From Escherichia coli (lineage in GTDB: Bacteria > Pseudomonadota > Gammaproteobacteria > Enterobacterales > Enterobacteriaceae), in NCBI RefSeq assembly GCF_036507355.1, contig NZ_AP027877.1: a DNA stretch of 64,000 nt; one strand, given 5' to 3'. The notes beneath the pieces are model-generated. The model made no database searches and was not told the origin of the DNA. It saw only the letters and a program-made list of their open reading frames with translations. Numbering within the stretch: the stretch's first letter is position 1; the number at the start of each line of letters is the position of its first letter. This document shows positions 61,327-64,000 of the stretch, piece after piece. The position numbers were made by a program, and so were the translations under genes.

Positions 61327-61577
61327 GTATCGCGTTCCAGCTTATTTAATGTTTCTTTTACTATCCCCAGGTAATACTTCCCAGCATCATTAAGAAAAAT
61401 GCGTTTTTTAGAGTGTGAAAATAACGGAGTACGTAAAAATTCCTCCAGCGCACTTACTTGTCTGAATACTGCACTTTGGGTTAACGCTAACTCCTCTGCC
61501 GCTCTGGTATAACTTTCATGACGTGCGACGACCTCAAAAGTCACCAGCAGTTCCGTTTTAGGTATTTTCCCTCGCAT
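61327..61577 (-). pseudogene. LysR-family regulator, N-terminal HTH part (interrupted by IS1)
   Basis: ...FEVVARHESYTRAAEELALTQSAVFRQVSALEEFL... helix-turn-helix; the frame runs into IS1. Confidence 0.8.
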
Positions 61578-62142
61578 AATGCCGTCCCTTAAAAATAGTT
61601 TAAACCATCAAAAATACATTACTTATTACGAAGTAATGGTAACCAAAGCAGCAATAAATAATTTATAAGAATCATGATTGACATTTATAAACCAGTAAGC
61701 CTGGCGTGACAAATATCTTAATCAGATAATAATAATCCGAAAAGCACAGCGCCTTTCGAATTATCCGGAATCACATTAAGTGAAAATTATTAAATTGATA
61801 TCATTTATCATATCTGTGGATATTATGATAAACAATCAACAAAGATTTTATTTTTGATTTATAGCATATCCCTCTAAGAATTTTTGCGATGCTGCAATAT
61901 CCGGGGTAAAGACCCGATCCTGGCTGACAAATGGCACGACTTGACGAAAAGCGGTGAACATCGCTTTTGTTGATTTACTTAACGCTACGGTCAAACGCTG
62001 GGAAGCCAGTGCATCAGGTAACGATTCGAAATTCGCCGTCGTTCTTATTCGTGGCTTGCGGTCGGTTGCGGCAATCCACAGTGGCTGTGGTCATGCAGTC
62101 AAGCCTGCAGTCAGATTTCGACCGTGGTTAACCGTTTAAGGC

Positions 62143-62169
62143 ATAAAAAAGGCCATCATACGATGGCCA
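62143..62169 (-). terminator. Rho-independent terminator downstream of sucD
   Basis: ggccatcgtatgatggcc hairpin followed by a T-run on the minus strand. Confidence 0.7.
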
Positions 62170-62243
62170 ACCATGTCGAAACCGACAGCCCTTCGCCATT
62201 CCTGTAGAGGGAAGCGGCGAGGGCTATTTCTTATTACAGATAT

Positions 62244-63113
62244 TTATTTCAGAACAGTTTTCAGTGCTTCACCGATATCCGCCAGGCTGCGAACGGTTTT
62301 CACGCCTGCGGCTTCCAGAGCAGCGAATTTCTCATCCGCAGTCCCTTTCCCACCGGCAATGATGGCACCCGCGTGGCCCATACGTTTGCCTTTCGGCGCA
62401 GTCACACCAGCGATGTAACCCACAACTGGCTTGGTAACGTGCTCTTTGATGTACGCAGCTGCTTCTTCTTCAGCGCTACCGCCGATCTCACCGATCATCA
62501 CGATCGCTTCGGTCTGCGGATCTTTTTCGAACATTTCGAGAATGTCGATAAAGTTAGAGCCAGGGATCGGGTCACCGCCGATACCGACACAGGTCGACTG
62601 ACCGAAACCGTAATCCGTGGTCTGTTTAACCGCTTCATAGGTCAGTGTACCGGAACGGGAAACGATACCCACTTTACCCGGTTTGTGAATGTGACCCGGT
62701 TGGATACCAATTTTGCATTCACCCGGGGTGATAACGCCTGGGCAGTTCGGGCCGATCATACGAACGCCGGCTTCATCCAGTTTCACTTTCACAGTCAGCA
62801 TATCCAGCGTCGGGATGCCTTCAGTGATGGTGATAATCAGTTTGATGCCTGCGTCGATGGCTTCCAGAATGGAGTCTTTGCAGAACGGTGCTGGTACGTA
62901 GATAACAGAAGCGGTAGCGCCAGTAGCAGCAACAGCTTCACGCACGGTGTTGAACACCGGCAGGCCGAGGTGGGTAGTACCGCCTTTACCTGGAGTTACG
63001 CCACCAACCATTTTGGTGCCGTATGCAATGGCCTGTTCAGAGTGGAAAGTCCCCTGGCTACCGGTAAAGCCCTGGCAGATAACCTTGGTGTTTTTATCAA
63101 TTAAAATGGACAT
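62244..63113 (-). CDS. sucD: Succinyl-CoA synthetase alpha subunit
   Basis: 289 aa [33 protein letters not shown]... Confidence 0.97.
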
Positions 63114-64000
63114 TATTTCCCCTCCACTGCGGCAACAACCTGCTGAGCTGCATCCGTCAGACCTTTTGCTGCAATAATATTCAGGCCGCTGTCAGCCAGT
63201 TTCTTCGCGCCGAGTTCGGCGTTGTTACCTTCCAGACGTACCACGACCGGTACGTTAACACCCACTTCCGCTACCGCGCCGATGATACCGTCAGCGATCA
63301 GATCGCAACGAACGATACCGCCGAAGATGTTAACCAGAACGGCTTTCACTTTGTCGTCAGAGAGGATGATTTTGAACGCTTCGGTTACACGTTCTTTGGT
63401 TGCGCCGCCGCCAACGTCCAGGAAGTTAGCCGGTTCTCCGCCGTGCAGTTTAACGATGTCCATCGTACCCATCGCCAGACCTGCGCCGTTAACCATACAA
63501 CCGATGTTACCGTCCAGCGCAACGTAGTTCAGTTCCCACTGTGCAGCCTGTGCTTCACGTGGATCTTCCTGCGACTGGTCACGCATTTCGCGCAGATCAG
63601 GCTGGCGGAACAGGGCGTTGCCATCAGCGCCCAGTTTGCCGTCGAGGCAAATCAGATCACCCTGTTTGGTGATGACCAGCGGGTTGATTTCGATCAACGC
63701 CAGGTCGCGCTCCAGGAAAATGGTCGCCAGGCCCATGAAGATTTTGGTGAACTGCTGAACCAGTTTACCTTCCAGACCCAGTTTGAACGCCAGCTCGCGT
63801 CCCTGATACGGCATCGGGCCAGTCAGCGGATCAAGCGCAACTTTGTGGATCAGGTGCGGAGTTTCTTCCGCCACTTTTTCGATTTCCACGCCGCCTTCGG
63901 TAGAGGCCATAAAGACCACGCGACGTGAACTACGGTCTACAACGGCACCGAGATACAGCTCTTTAGCGATATCGGTCGCCGCTTCAACCAGAATCTGGTT
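63113..64000 (-). CDS. sucC: Succinyl-CoA synthetase beta subunit, 5' end beyond window
   Basis: C-terminal ~295 aa ending ...[10 protein letters not shown]; frame open to the window edge. Confidence 0.95.

Noticed and set aside
61954-62139. 61-aa plus-strand ORF between the LysR fragment and sucD
   Set aside because: It is short, has no RBS or recognisable motif, and overlaps the sucD terminator region.
62373-63104. 243-aa plus-strand ORF
   Set aside because: It is antisense to sucD.

Overview
This window is an Escherichia/Shigella-type chromosomal segment covering the uvrB-bio-ybh-mod-gal-gpmA-aroG-pnuC-nadA-lysT tRNA operon-tol/pal-cydABX-sucDC region, read in inverted orientation. All calls come from reading the ORF translations and the DNA directly; no database search was run, and gene names rest on recalled protein sequences and catalytic motifs. 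Most of the window is conserved core genome, with five accessory features. (1) A 1279-bp IS110-family element with the hallmarks of IS621 sits inside a REP sequence between ybhC and ybhJ: a 326-aa recombinase with D11/E60/D102/D105 and S241, CT cores on both sides, and a ~190-nt non-coding left end carrying target-like and donor-like segments (candidate bridge RNA). (2) An IS600-like IS3-family element (1264 bp) splits ybhJ. (3) A tnpB-only IS200/IS605-family remnant with two frameshifts lies between bioA and ybhB. (4) Between cydA and sucD, where K-12 carries mngR-mngAB, there is a ~12-kb island: two AT-rich genes of unknown function followed by a methylaspartate-pathway cluster (glutamate mutase S/L/E, methylaspartate ammonia-lyase, DUF1446/DUF4387 pair, DAACS transporter, class I fumarase/mesaconase, corrinoid adenosyltransferase). 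(5) An IS1 copy with a 9-bp target duplication disrupts the LysR-type regulator divergent from that cluster. The IS621 bridge-RNA system and the methylaspartate/FumD cluster are both already described in the literature, so the least-characterised content here is the pair of AT-rich hypothetical genes and the DUF1446/DUF4387 pair.
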